From NCBI GenBank assembly GCA_951406725.2, contig OX597823.1, positions 88,040,001-88,104,000 of the forward strand: DNA of 64,000 nt, read 5' to 3'. The notes under the pieces were generated by a model that was not told where the DNA came from, did no database searches, and was given only the letters and a program-made list of their open reading frames with translations. Shown piece after piece: positions 28,543 to 42,336 of this stretch. Source of the stretch: Octopus vulgaris. Taxonomy: Eukaryota. Position 1 is the stretch's first letter. Every line of letters begins with the position of its first letter. A program made the translations under genes and the position numbers.

Positions 28543-28829
28543 TAGATACATATGTATATGCACACAAATATTTATATATGCATATATATATATATACAAA
28601 CACACACACACACACACATATACAAATACTTTTAATAAACCAACAAAATCTTCACAAACTTTTAGTCTGTTTCACGCTTCCGTTCGTCAGAGAGTTGTGA
28701 CCATACTGAAACATTGCAATGGTATAGGTATATATATATATTCGTTGGTTCTGTTATTTGTTGTCCTGCATGTATATATATGTACGTGTGTGTATTTATT
28801 TTTAAGAATGCTTATACACTCCTATTCAC

Positions 28830-28888
<59 letters not shown>

Positions 28889-29739
28889 ACGTGTGTGTGT
28901 ATGTGTATGCATTTATGTGTACATGTGTGTGTGTATGCGTGTAAAAAGAGAAAGAGAAACCAATAAATGATGTTATGTAAATTGGCATCAGATAAGCAAT
29001 TAACTCCCTTGCATACGCTCACACACACACACACACACACAAACACAGTACAATACAACACACACACACGCACAAACACAATACAACACACACACATACA
29101 CAAACACAATACAACACACACTCATACACTCAGGCATACACACACATTTGGAAAGGATCGTTTCGAGAACTAATTATTCCATCTGTTCTGGCTCTGTATT
29201 TGGGGGGAAAATACAATCAATATTTTGTTAAGCGTTGCGTAAGCTAAACGATCAGATATATTTGCACGCTCATGTAAAATACTGTTAAACATGTAAGCCT
29301 TTGGTCACAATAAATAAGTTTTCTTTCTAATCTACGCTCTGCATATAAGTCGGAGAAAAGAAAAAAAAAAACACTCACGGTGTTACATTTACTAGAGAAC
29401 GTAAATCTATGATATAAATTGGTATTTTCATTCTTTTACATTATGAAATATTGTTTGTTTAGCAATGCTTGCAGTTTTAATCGTTTGCTTTTTATTGATT
29501 TTCCAAAGCTAAGGACTTTGACCGTCATTTGGCCACTTTTAACTGTATGATGATCATCATCATTATCGTCAACGACAACAATATTTAACATCACTTTTCT
29601 ATGCTGGTATGGCTCAGACGGTTTGACAGGAACTGGCAGGCCCAGGAGCCGCACCAGGTTACACAGCCTGTTTTAGCTTGGTTTCTATAGCTTGATACCC
29701 TTTCTAAAGCCAACCACCTTACAATGTGTTGTAGATACA

Positions 29740-30197
29740 TTTTACGTGGCTCTATACCCAGCGTTTTTTATGTGGTGCCATCACCAGTGTGTTTAATGTG
29801 GAATCACACCAGAGCTTTTTGTGTTGCACAAGCACCGGTGCTATTTAAGCGGCACAACTACGATCACTTTTTAAGTAGCATCAGCACTAGTGATTTTTTT
29901 TAAGTGGCACAATACGAGTGCTTTTTAAGTGGCACAAGCACCAGTTTTTTTTAAGTGGCACAAGCACCAGTTTTTTTTTAAGTGGCACAACCACCAGTGC
30001 TTTCTTTTTAAGTGGCACAACCACCAGTGTTTTTTTAAGTGGCACAACCACCAGCGTTTTTTAAGTGGCACAAGCAACAGTGTTTTTTTTAAGTGGCACC
30101 TCACCAGTGCTTTTTCTGTAGCACATGCACAGTGCCTTTTTAAGAGGCACAAACACCAATGCTTTTTACGTGGAACCACCACCAGTGCATTTTTTAC
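29740..30197. repeat. ~30-bp minisatellite (ttttttaagtggcacaagcaccagtg), about 15 copies
   Basis: Directly visible; explains the KWHNHQ/CHLKK ORFs. Confidence 0.9.
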
Positions 30198-30320
30198 AGT
30201 TATTCATAATTGTATTGTAGTGACTGTAATTCTATAAGTATGGAGAGATGTAGGGCAGGGTGAGACAGGACATTATCAATAGGGAATCACATAAAAGGTG
30301 TAACGTAGGTTAACACTCAC

Positions 30321-30578
30321 CGTTACCATAAATATATTCCAAACAAAATAACCGGGTCGCCGCGCTGCTCGACATTTCACAGAGAGTGCTGACCGTCGAA
30401 CAGTAGCATCTGCTTGGTCTATGGCCAGTTCCTTCTTCTCAGTTTCCGTATGCATGTAAAGATGCCATTCTTGTTCATCCACAAACGACTGTCGATTGAC
30501 TACATGATGTTCATCTATGTCTTCAATCAATTCAACTTCATATGAGGGAAGCTCGGAGGCCACAGTCACAGTGAGATC
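30321..30578 (-). CDS. Internal exon of a pentameric ligand-gated ion channel subunit (probably Cys-less/Pro-loop type): beta7-beta10 and start of M1
   Basis: Acceptor ttcttctttcag|GAT and donor ACG|gtgagt; 258 nt = 86 codons, phase 0/0; DLTVTVASE...FVDEQEWHL...LSVKCRAARRPGYFVWNIFMVT has the EW and pre-M1 R-R-P-x-YF-x-WN motifs. Confidence 0.88.
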
Positions 30579-30764
30579 CTGAAAGAAGAAAGCATGACAA
30601 TCTTTATTGTAGAAGGCAATATCTGAAAGGAAACGAGACAAAACCACAAACATATATGGCTAGGGCGATTAGACGTTTTGGCGATTAGGTGTGACATCGC
30701 TGCATCGAAACGCTGAATTGTTTGACATCAGCCGTTTTAATGATTTTCTCTGTCTCCATAAGTG

Positions 30765-31060
30765 GAGACCCCCTTCGGTCATGAATGACTATGGGATTGC
30801 ACCTAGAAAGTTACCCTCCGAGGCACAAGTCCGGGCAAGGTTGTTTGTGGAAGGCCAGCAGTCTCCACACCACTGTTGCTTTCCAAGGGAAAGGCAAAGG
30901 ACGATACAGCTTGGCACCAGTGGTGTCGCAACTCATTTCCACAGCAACGTAAAGTAAAGTGTCTTGCTCAAGAATACAACACGCAGCCCGGTCCGGGAAT
31001 CGAACTCACAACCTCACGATCGTAAGCTCGACGCTCTAACGACTGAGCCATGCGCCTTCA
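30765..31060 (-). mobile_element. tRNA-headed SINE with 15-bp TSD
   Basis: ctgtctccataagtg duplicated at 30750-30764 and 31061-31075; minus-strand head ggcgcatggctcagtcgttagagcgtcg...gagttcgattcccgg. Confidence 0.88.
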
Positions 31061-31471
31061 CTGTCTCCATAAGTGCAGGAATGAAATTTGCTTAGTGGGA
31101 TGCGGCGAACCCACGTCCAACTCAAAATGTTCAGAGAATTTTCATTGCCCACATTCACGAAATGGTTTTAGGGAGTGAGCTTGCACCTGCTGCACTCCTC
31201 TGTTCCTGAGCCTTTATCTGTCTCTATCACATCTTTGCCTGTATATCATACTGTCCTTCTGTCTATATCTGTCTCTCTTCCCTCCTCTCTCTCCCTACAA
31301 CTCTTTCTATATGGGTATATGTCAGCGCTCACACATGCATGTGCCCGTGTATATTGTATGTGTGTTTAGCTCTGGTGGCAAAACATACAGTTGTCAGCAT
31401 CCATGCAGCTGCGCTGAATTCTATTATTCTGTATTTGCCCACACATAAACACATACAGACATATAAGCATT

Positions 31472-31511
<40 letters not shown>

Positions 31512-32052
31512 ATGTAAGTATATATATTATAGTACATTAATATTTATATAATATGATATAATATTATATTTCATTACAAAATATTATATTGTATAATTCA
31601 TATTGTATTTAGTCGAGTTGCAACGTCATGTTTCTTAACTAAAATATTCTATCAATCTTTGAGGCCTAGAAGAAGAGTTATTATTAATATACAACACAAC
31701 GAATAACAAGAAAAAGAAAGATACGTTTTATATTTTAGCAGGTGAAAAATAAAATCCAGATTCTATTGTAAAACCACGTTGTCTTATACATGTGATGAAG
31801 TTAACAGAAGGAAGCGGAAGGAAAACAGTTGTAGCAAACGGATAACCACGATCATAATATGAGATTGAACATATTTATTACACACAAACATATAAATGTA
31901 TATATACACACACATATATGTATATATACACAGACATATATATGTACACACACACACATATATAGATAGATATATATGCACACACATATATGGCATATTC
32001 ATACATATACATAGACACACAGACACATACACGCATGCACGCACACACGCAT

Positions 32053-32186
32053 GTAGGCGTAGGCGTAAGAAGCTTGCTTTTCAAGCGCATGGTTTAGGTT
32101 CAGTCCCACTGCGTCGCATATTGGGCAAATGTTTTCTACTTTAGCCTCAGGATTTGCAGACGGAAGCTGAAAGCAGCCGATCATAT

Positions 32187-32230
<44 letters not shown>

Positions 32231-32447
32231 ATACTTTTGTCTCTGTCTATAACCCACCACCGCTTGATAACCGGTGTTGGTGTGATAATATCCCAGTATT
32301 TTAACGGTTCGTCGAAAAGAGATCGATAGAATATATAACAAGTTTTAAAAGGATAATTAAGCATTGGGATCGATTTGTTCGACGGAAATCCCTTCAAGGC
32401 AGTACCCCAGCATGGCCGCAGTCGAATGACTGAAACAAGTAAAAGAT
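32053..32447 (+). mobile_element. SINE family B
   Basis: ggttcagtcccactgcgt...ttgggcaa, internal (TG)n, tail cagcatggccgcagtc..tgactgaaacaagtaaaag. Confidence 0.8.
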
Positions 32448-32448
32448 A

Positions 32449-32966
32449 TTTATTTCTTTATTGCCCACAAGGAGCTAAACATAGAGGGAACAAACAAGGG
32501 ATTAAGTCGATTACATCGACCCCAGTACGTAACTAGTACTTATTTAATCGACACCGAAAGAATGAAAGGCAAAATCGACCTTGGCGGAATTTGAACTCAG
32601 AACGTAGCGACAGACAAAATACCTATTTCTTTACTACCCACAAGGGGCTAAACACAGAAAGGACAAACAAGGACAGTCAAACGGATTAAGTCGATTACAT
32701 CGACCCCAGTGCGTAACTGGTACTTAATTTAATCGACTCCGAAAGGATGAAAGGCAAAGTCGACCTCGGCGGAATTTGAACTCAGAACGTAACGGCAGAC
32801 GAAATACGGCTACGCATTTCGCCCGGCGTGCAAACGTTTCTGCCAGCTCGCCGCCCTAAAAGATAAAGTCGACCCCGGCGGAATTTGAACTCAGAACGTA
32901 AAGACAGATGAAATACTGCTAAGTATTTCGCCCGGCGTGCTAACGATTCAGCCTGGTCGCTACCTT
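32449..32966 (-). mobile_element. SINE family A partial-tandem array
   Basis: Three overlapping units matching the reverse complement of 36743-36973. Confidence 0.85.
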
Positions 32967-33067
32967 AAAAGTTAAAAAATATTATATAGGAGCAATGTAA
33001 TCGACTTCCTCTTCCCCTCAATAACTCCCGAAATTTGAAACCACATTTAGTCTAGAAAATGAAATTG

Positions 33068-33280
33068 GTGAGCTGGCCGAATCGTTAGCACAGCTGGCGA
33101 AATATTTAACGCTTTTCATCCCTCTCTACTTTCTGAGTTCAAATTCTTCCGACGTTGACTTTATCTTTTGTTGGGTGCGGGGTTGATAAAATATGTACCA
33201 CTTGAGTACTGGGATGGGGGTGGAATTGTAATTTGCTTACTACCTCTCCACAAATTACTGACTTGGTACCTAAAATTTAA
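33068..33280 (+). mobile_element. Degenerate SINE family A
   Basis: gtgagctggccgaatcgttagcac...tctgagttcaaattc. Confidence 0.6.
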
Positions 33281-34084
33281 AATCATTATTATAATAGAAA
33301 ATATGCTTCCTTAAAGAAAACAATTTTAAAAGTTTAAAGTAGAAATTTTAAGGAATATTATATTCCTTAATTAACCTTTATAAGCTAATTCCTTATAAAA
33401 ACATTTCATAAAATACATATAAAAAATGTATTTCCGTCTATTTCAAATTATTTAAAAAGGTAAGTCGTATGTTAAAAATTATAAATTATCAAAAGCAGCC
33501 CTTCTGTTGTTCTTTGCTTTTGCATTTATTTCTCAAACATAAATAAATAAATAAATTCTCCTATGTACGCGATTGTAACAAAGGTAAAAGTCAGTCAGAA
33601 TTACAGAACAATTAGATTAAATTAATTAAATAATGCTGATATGCTACACAGAACTGAATCAATGCAAAAGTTTCCTTCACGTTAGTAACGTTAGGTGAGA
33701 CAGCGTCTTACGTAATTGTTATTAAAGAAATTACACGTGAGTATCAATTTGATTTATAAATGTTCTGTGCTTTGAACAGTGGGAACAAATATGTAGTAAA
33801 TTCTATTTAAATTTAATACATATTATAATACAAATATTATAAGAGTTTTTTCCTTCTTAGAATAATCTAAATTGTTTACATGTCTATTTGTAAAATGTAA
33901 CATTCTTAAAGAATCGTTCTTTATTGATCTTATTTTAAAATTAATCAAAATAAAGTTTGTAATACACCTTTTTCCGTCAGTTTTCATCAATTTCACTCAC
34001 AAGCGAATACAGTGTTTGGAATTCAGGTTATTCAATAGTTTATAAGTCGTTAGTGTATTTCATATAACAAAGTGTTTCTTTTAT

Positions 34085-34470
34085 GTTCTATCTTTCACTT
34101 GTTTCAGTCATTGTACAGCGGCCATGTTGGAGTACCGCCATTTTGGGTTCAATCAAAGACATCGATCCTAGTGCATTTATTTTTTAATCTAGTACTTGAT
34201 TTGTCGGTCCCTTTTACCGAAGCGCTATGTTATTTGGCACGCAAACACACCAACACGGTAGTCAAGCGATGGGAGAAAGACAAGCGCAAAGAAACATACA
34301 CACAGAAACACACACACATTTCTACCTACATATATGCTTTGAGGCAGTCTCTGCTTACCGAATTCACTAACAAGGTCCGAGGCCATGGGAGAAAAGACTT
34401 GCCTAAGGCCAACATAGTGGGATTAAATCTGAAAATCGGAAACCACGTGACTTCGAAGCCCGCTTCTTAA
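34085..34470 (-). mobile_element. Degenerate SINE family B
   Basis: cttgtttcagtcatt..gcggccatgttggagtaccgcc. Confidence 0.6.
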
Positions 34471-34649
34471 TATACAAACACACCTTCACACACTCACACC
34501 TTTTTTCTGCGAACATCTTATATTTATTTTACTTTATCTTTTCCTACATTTTGTTATATAATAAACACTTCTTCATCTCAACCACTTATATATATGTGTG
34601 TGTATGTTGTGTGTGGGAGTGAGTGTATGTATATCTATCTATCTATCTA

Positions 34650-34718
<69 letters not shown>

Positions 34719-34819
34719 AAAAGTTATGTAATGGAGTAGAAGATAAAATCTGGGCTACATATGCTTCATAACAAGCGGAATTTCGGAAGCAGTGTGTGTG
34801 TGTGTGTGTATGTGTGTGT

Positions 34820-34864
<45 letters not shown>

Positions 34865-35329
34865 TGCGACCACATTATCATTTACCGATGTAAATGGTTC
34901 GGCCATTGCAAGTATATCTTTCCCAACAACTGATACATTGTAGACGTTGAGTGAGCAACCGCCATGGCTTGCCTGCCGCTCACTTACTGAACCCTGAAAT
35001 CAGGAATTTGCGGTTAACATAGAATGCGTCAGATGATTTTCGTCTTTGTTGTGGTTACCGGTGGCGTTGGTGGCTGTTCGGTATTATGTTATTGTTGTAG
35101 TGTTTTGTTGCTTAATACCAGGCGGCACCGACTATGGAGAATGATCATGAATGAAACAATAGTCATTCTACTTTTCTATTTGCAGTCATAAAATACACAG
35201 GGATAGATTATTTTGAGTGTTTTACTTTCTATGACGACTTTGCAGCTATTTCTTGAAGGTCTAACGATTATAGACTAGGAGTGGCCAAGGTGTTTCATAA
35301 GATCAAAAAAAATATTTTTAAGCCTAGCT

Positions 35330-35665
35330 CTGAGGTAAAAAGTTTGCTTCCCAGCCACATGGTTCCCGGTTCAGTCCCACTGCGTTGTACTTTGGGCAAG
35401 TATCTTATACTATAGTTTAGGGCCGACCAAAGTCTTGCGAGTGAACTTGATTGACGGAAACTGAAATGAGCCCGTCGTGTGTGTGGTATTTTGTGTTTGT
35501 GTTTCTTTGTGTCTGTATTTCTCCTCCACTACGCCGCTTTACAACAGGTGATAGTGGGTATCAGACGCTGCAAATGAGCGGTTCGGCAAAAGGGACTGAT
35601 AGAATAAGTAATTAGCATAAAAAAGTGTTAGCGTCGATTTGTTCGACTGAAAATTATTCAAGGCG
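35330..35665 (+). mobile_element. SINE family B
   Basis: ccacatggttcccggttcagtcccactgcg...ttgggcaagt...gacggaaactgaaatgagcccgtcg. Confidence 0.8.
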
Positions 35666-35709
35666 TACGATAAAGGTTAAATGTACAGTTCCTACTTTTC
35701 ACTTGCTAA

Positions 35710-35938
35710 GGCGGCGAACTGGCAGAAACGTTAACACGTCGGGCGAAATGCTTTGTGGTATTTCGTCTGCCGTTACGTTCTGAGTTCAAATTCCGCCGTG
35801 GTCGAATTTGCCTTTCTTCCTTTCGGGGTCGATTAAATAAGTACCAGTTACACACTGGGGTCGATATAATCGACTTAATCCGTTTTCCTGTCCTTGTTTT
35901 ATCCCTCTGTGTGTAGCCTCTTGTGAGCAGTAAAGAAA
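35710..35938 (+). mobile_element. Full-length SINE family A
   Basis: ggcggcgaactggcagaaacg to gtaaagaaat. Confidence 0.88.
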
Positions 35939-36742
35939 TGATAGGTTGTTTAACCCCTGCTTGTTGAATGCTTTGAAAGAGTCTTCATTTTGGCAATTAA
36001 AACTTTGAAATCTGGTTGGTAAGATTAAGAAGAATGGCTATGGAATCTAATATAATCTCAGGAACCACACATAAATTTCTGAGCCGTAGTTTGGCTAAGT
36101 TAACTCACCTGGACTATTTCTGCTGATGTTATTCATTAATCCAAGACCAGCTTTATCATGCAACCCTATGACCATCTATCATTATGTAATCACATAGCAG
36201 TAACTATCGTAAGATTATTCTATAAGAAAGCCTTCGTCAGATGCAAATTGCTTTCACTACCATACTAAATTATATTGATATTATTATCGTTTGTGTACAC
36301 TGCTAGGTGCATGGGTATCACATCATTAAATGTCAAAAGCGGAAGCCTCGGGCGCGGACCTGGGTGTAGTCGAACACAAGTACAGATCTCGATAGTAGAT
36401 CAATGCTTCAAATAATTAAACCTAGTTGGAATTCTGACAGATTACGTGTTTACCAAGAAACATGCCGTGATCTTGAGTGAACAGATCAGCATTAGTTTCG
36501 AGCTACTGCTGCTTAATATACAACGAAGGCAACGAAGGACATTTAAAATACATCGAGGGTATAACATCGAGGGAAAGGGTATAACAGCCCAAATATTTAC
36601 CAACCACTTTTAAAAGCAAATCTTTAAAACTGGTGAATGACATGTCGGCTTTTTGTCTAGTTATCCTGATGGTTATACTTTTTTATAATTACTATTAATT
36701 TCTTCGCAAAGTAAAATATATTTGTTATAGTTGTACCCGGAA

Positions 36743-36973
36743 GGCGGCGAGCTGGCAGAAACGTTAGCACGCCGGGCGAAATGCCTAGCCGTATTTCGTC
36801 TGCTGTTACGTTCTGAGTTCAAATTCCGCCTAGGTCGACTTTGCCTTTCATCCTTTCGGGGTCGATAAATTAAGTACCAGTTACACACTGGGGTCGATGT
36901 AATCGACTAAATCCGTTTGTCTGTCCTTGTTTGTCCGCTCTGTGTTTTGCCCCTTGTGGGTAGTAAAGAAATA
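36743..36973 (+). mobile_element. Full-length SINE family A with 17-bp TSD
   Basis: tatagttgta(c/g)ccggaa at 36726-36742 and 36974-36990. Confidence 0.92.
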
Positions 36974-36979
36974 TATAGT

Positions 36980-37496
36980 TGTAGCCGGAAAATTCAGCAA
37001 TTACCCGATATCACAATTTGCTAGGATATTGCCGACATGATCAACAAATTCTGACCAAACACAACATCGCGCCAAATAGGATCGCTTTCTTTTGGCGCCT
37101 TTTCTTCTGAACCTACCGTCCGGTATAAATACAGTACATCGTGACTATTAGACGTAGAACTTTGGGATGCAGCTGAGAGAGCAGTGACAGACACACTGTA
37201 GGAATTGACAAAGTCGGATGACAGCAGCTGACAACTGAAAGGCAATGAACTGTCGGATAACGAACGACATTAGAAGTCAGTAGCCGGCAAGCAACTAACA
37301 ACACTTTAACTGCTCTGCAGCCACTACATCAAGAACAAAAACTCTCGACGTTTTGTCGTTCGTTGTAACAAGAACTGTCATTTCTTGTGTACGAAAAGAA
37401 TAAATTCTTGTTTATCAAAATCTCAACAGACTCCATTGTTCTTTTCTGTTCATAGCAAATAAACATGTATTGCTAATGTAAATCTTTTTCACTACA
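36980..37496 (+). mobile_element. LTR-like segment
   Basis: TGTAG...CTACA termini, AATAAA near 37399, higher GC; no matching TSD found. Confidence 0.4.
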
Positions 37497-38244
37497 TTAA
37501 ACTGTGTTACTGCTTTCAAGATAAAATTTGAAGTAGATATTCTGAATATTGAAAGTAGTAATATGGAAAGAAAAAAACAAAAACCGGAATATGATAAAGG
37601 ATAAGTGAGAGAACGGGGGTGAGAGAGGGGATGAGTGTGAGAGTGAGAGAGTATCAGCTTGAAAACGAATACGAGGCAGCATGGTTAGTAACATGATTAC
37701 GATCAGGAGTTATATAGAAAGGAAAAGGATAAGGAATATATGTGGAAAAAGAAAGAGGGAGAAGTGGTTATATATAAAATAAAAATGCGGTAATTGGAAA
37801 AGACAGAAAAATGTCAGGAAATCCTTAGAGAAAAAGAAACTATTTTAGTTTCAAGAAATTATTAGATACAATATTTTTAATTTGTGAAGAATAGAGCATT
37901 CTTTAAGACTAATATGATTTTCTTAAAAAAACTTTCTGTATGATAAATGTACAGATGCTATTAGATACCTAACATACATGTTTTTAGTAATTAATTGCAT
38001 TGATATATATTTCTAATAATAATAGTAATAATAATGATAATAATGTATTAATTTTGAATTTGTTCTCTTCAGTCTACCTTTTAAAGTAAAAAATATAGAA
38101 ATACAAGACAGTAATTGTAAAGAGAAATTGTAAAGAAAATGCGTTTCTCTAAGAGAGGTTAAGTAGATGAATAATAAAACTGATTTCTTTATACAAACAT
38201 ACACATACATACGTACATATGCATGTATGCAGACATACATATAT

Positions 38245-38247
38245 ACA

Positions 38248-38294
<47 letters not shown>

Positions 38295-38401
38295 GTACAC
38301 ACACAATATATATATATATATATATATAATATATATATATATGTACACACACAATATATATATATATATATATATATATCAATATACATATACATATATG
38401 T

Positions 38402-38480
<79 letters not shown>

Positions 38481-38718
38481 ATATATATACATATTTATAT
38501 ATATATCAATATATATACATATTTATATATATATCAATATATATACATATTTATATATATATCAATATATATACATATTTATATATATATCAATATATAT
38601 ACATATTTATATATATATCAATATATATACATATTTATATATATACAATATATATATACATATTTATATATATATCAATATATATACATATTTATATATA
38701 TATATCAATATATATACA

Positions 38719-38760
<42 letters not shown>

Positions 38761-38805
38761 TCTTGTCTGTGTGTTTTATATATATATATATATGTGTATA
38801 TATGT
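38245..38805. repeat. (TA)-rich minisatellite (unit ~caatatatatacatatttatatatatat)
   Basis: Directly visible. Confidence 0.95.
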
Positions 38806-39124
38806 AAGGCGAGCTAGTAATATCGTTTGTACGTCGAGCAAAATGTCTAACGATATTGCTTGCAACTGTTTAGTTTCTGAGTTCAAACCTCGCGACGGTC
38901 AACTTCCATCCCTCTAGTGTCAATAGAATTAAATACAAGTCAAGTACTGGACATGTCTGTTCCTGCCCCACCCCTCTCAACAAGATCGCTAACCTTGAAT
39001 TCTACAACGAACCATCATCCCGTTCATCGGAACGTTGTGGTCACTTACGCGTCATAGAAATCGAGTTACCCGCCTTGCGAATTCTGGGGCTCATATATAC
39101 GCGTGTGTGTGTGTAAGAGAATAT

Positions 39125-39207
39125 AAGAGAAAATAAGTTATGGGGACGTAAGCACACTAACACTGTTGTCAAGGGGTGATGAAGACAGTCACATAGACAC
39201 ACACACG

Positions 39208-39252
<45 letters not shown>

Positions 39253-39400
39253 GACAGGCTTCTTTCAGTTCCCGTCTTCTAAATCCATTCACAAGGCTCG
39301 AGGGTAAAGTAGAAGGCACTTGGTCAAGGTATCATCTAGTAGGACTGAACCTGGAGCCATGAGTTTGGGAAACAAGCTCCTTACCACACAACCCCCTTAC
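39125..39400 (-). mobile_element. SINE family B fragment
   Basis: acgacaggcttctttcagtttcc...ttaccacaca. Confidence 0.7.
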
Positions 39401-40407
39401 TCCTATATATATTACATAACATCTATATTATATAATATATGTATAGATATGTATGTATATAAAACAGTGTCCCTAAGACAATTACGCGCACACTCAGAAG
39501 GTATGACACGCACATTTTCATTAGAATGTTGGCATTCAGCTCTGATGTAACTTTTGATACTATGGACAATCATTGACGTTGAATGAATGATGCAACGACT
39601 AAATTGTACGCGTTGAATAAATGAACGTAGAACGACCCCAATATGAAATGACGTAATTTGAGAAGACAAGAGTATGTAGGGAAGGAACTATAATAGTGGG
39701 GAAAGGAGAATAAGAATTTCATGAAATGAGGTTAAACGATGTTGAATGAACGTAAGAGAGAGCATGAAGAAGAGGATTTGTTTTTTTTATTTTAATGGTT
39801 TTAACAGTAACTTGTGTCGTCTCAGATATCACCAGTCATTATTTGCATCTCTTGCTGACTGCTGTGGACTCTCAAACCAACGATGATTTTAACGTATAAA
39901 TCTTATGTTATAAATGCTTGTGATATTTAGTGTAGTGAGCAACACAGCGTAATAAAATGATACTCTACTATTCTGTCCTCTTCTAGCAATAAATTAAATG
40001 CAAGCGATGTGTGAGGCGACTGACTCGCTATAAATAGAAGTGAAATACCTTCAATTGCTTTAAGATTAACCGATCTTAAATATTTATTGTTTATTATACC
40101 GAAGTTTGCTGTTTTAGTGTGTTTTTAACTTGTTAACATGTCTCCCGCACTGCAATTTCTTTACTTTCAACACACAGTCTGAGGACAAATCGATAGCCAA
40201 GTAGGGCACCTATATAATCAAGGCTTCCACGCAGTTTTCGTCTATCAAATTCAGACAAAAGATATCGGTTGGCTCAGGGATATAGACAAAGGACTCTACC
40301 TCAAGGGGTCTGCTGCACAGTACGACTGGACCCCAGACCACGAGATAGCAAAGCGAGCTTCTGAACCCCACAACAAGACCTTCGACAATCCTTATAATCA
40401 ATCAGAA

Positions 40408-40808
40408 ATCCTTTCTACCTGAAGGACAAGGCCTCAAATTTTAGGGGAAGGGATTAAGTCGATTACATCAACCTCAGTACGTAACTGGTACTAATTTTAT
40501 CGACCCCGAAAGGATGAAAGGCAAAGTCAACGTCGGTGGAATTCGAACTCAAGATCTGACGGCAGACGAAATACCTATTTTTTTACTACCCACAAGGGGT
40601 TAAACACAGAGAGGAAAAACAAGGACAGACAAACGGATTAAGTCGATTGTATCGACTCCAGTGAGTAACTGGTACTTATTTAATCGACCCCGAAAGGATG
40701 AATGGCAAAGTCGACCTCGGCGAAATTTGAACTCAGAACGTAGCAGCAGATGAAATATGGCTACACATTTCGCCCGGCCTGCTAACGTTTCTGCCAGCTC
40801 GCCACCTT
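40408..40808 (-). mobile_element. SINE family A dimer
   Basis: Two units joined at gaaatacctattt. Confidence 0.85.
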
Positions 40809-41103
40809 ATCTTCAATCATAGATAGTATGATGTCAAATGAGTGGTTTGCAAATGAGCTGGGAGTGAGTGAGTGATTTAGCAGAAAGCCACTTCCACTAA
40901 CCACGCTGTTACTGTCATGTGGTTACAAGTGTTTAGTGAAAGAGAGAGGTGAAACCAAAAAGAATGAGAGAAATATTAATAATGTAAAGAAAGGAGTGGC
41001 AAGGTTGAAATATTTGTTGATCTAAGGGGTAGAAAGAAAAGGAGAGCCAGGAAAAGAGAGAGAGAGAAAGAGAGAGAGAAGGGGGAGAGAGAGAGAGAGA
41101 AGG

Positions 41104-41146
<43 letters not shown>

Positions 41147-41947
41147 TGTTTAACTGTGGGAAATTCTAAAATCATTTTACGTATTATTATGACTGAAAGT
41201 GAAATTACAGAGCAAAATAGCTTTGGGCGTTATTTTTTAAACTTATAATGGAATTGAAATTAAATTGTTATTGTATATTTCACTATCATTTATTGCACAG
41301 GTAACAATAAGATTTATATGTAATATAAATGCAAATCATCCTCTCCTCCTTAAACAACACCTCTTAATTCTTTTCGTTCTGTGGAATTTCTACGGGCTTT
41401 GCTTGTAATTATATATATTACCATATTCTCTAAGTTCAGTTAAACAAAAGAAAAAAAAGAAAAATTTGAAATGCACAAGACATTTGCACAACCTGTCGCG
41501 CATTGGAACTGAAACATTAGACCTCGGGACTAAGAAATGAGCACCATAGCAACACAACCTTGCTTACAGCTATAATACAATTCTAGAATTGGAAAATCGT
41601 TCATGAAATTAAATATAGTTCATTTTGTGAACTGGAATGATTTCCAAGAATTTTGTATTTACCATTTATTCGAGGAATGTTCATGCATATTCAGCTGGTC
41701 GAAACATCTAGCTAAATAAAATTAAATTGATATAAAGGGGTAGTAAAATCAGGACGTTTGTGATATACATTTTAACGTTTGAAGTCTGTGTATGAATTCC
41801 TTATTGCAAAATACAATTTTCCTTTAATTTGTATAACTTTGAAGAATATTAAGGAATACAACTTACTATGACCCTTTTGGGGGGAGTACTTCTCAAACAA
41901 GAATGTTCTATAGAGTAGAATGTGCGTGCACACGTGTGAGTATGTGC

Positions 41948-42088
<141 letters not shown>

Positions 42089-42094
42089 TTAAAG

Positions 42095-42205
42095 AGGACA
42101 GTAAACATTAAGGCAAGGCAAACACCTCAGATCGTATACAATATTATTACTGGAATTTTTTCCAATAATATTGTATTGCCTTACCTTAATGTGTGTTGTC
42201 CTATT
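42095..42205. repeat. Imperfect fold-back next to (TG)n
   Basis: aggaca..acattaaggcaaggcaa..tacaatattatt pairs with aataatattgta ttgccttaccttaatgt..tgtcct. Confidence 0.75.
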
Positions 42206-42336
42206 TAACAATTATATATCCGCTGCATCGGGAATATGCAATGACTCGTCTATAACCCTGGACCCCTAGTAATACGTTATAGCACTTAATCATGTAGATC
42301 GCTTGTGAGCTAAACCCCCTACTTTGTGTGTGTGTA

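Noticed and set aside
29740-30197. CRISPR-like periodic array or zinc-finger-like ORF
   Set aside because: No unique spacers, no cas genes, eukaryotic context; a simple minisatellite
30321-30578. Assignment as an octopus chemotactile receptor or nAChR
   Set aside because: Apparent Leu at the second Cys-loop position and motif pattern fit Cys-less pLGICs better; needs phylogeny to confirm
30579-30653. N-terminal extension of the 125-aa ORF
   Set aside because: Upstream of a strong splice acceptor, so intronic read-through
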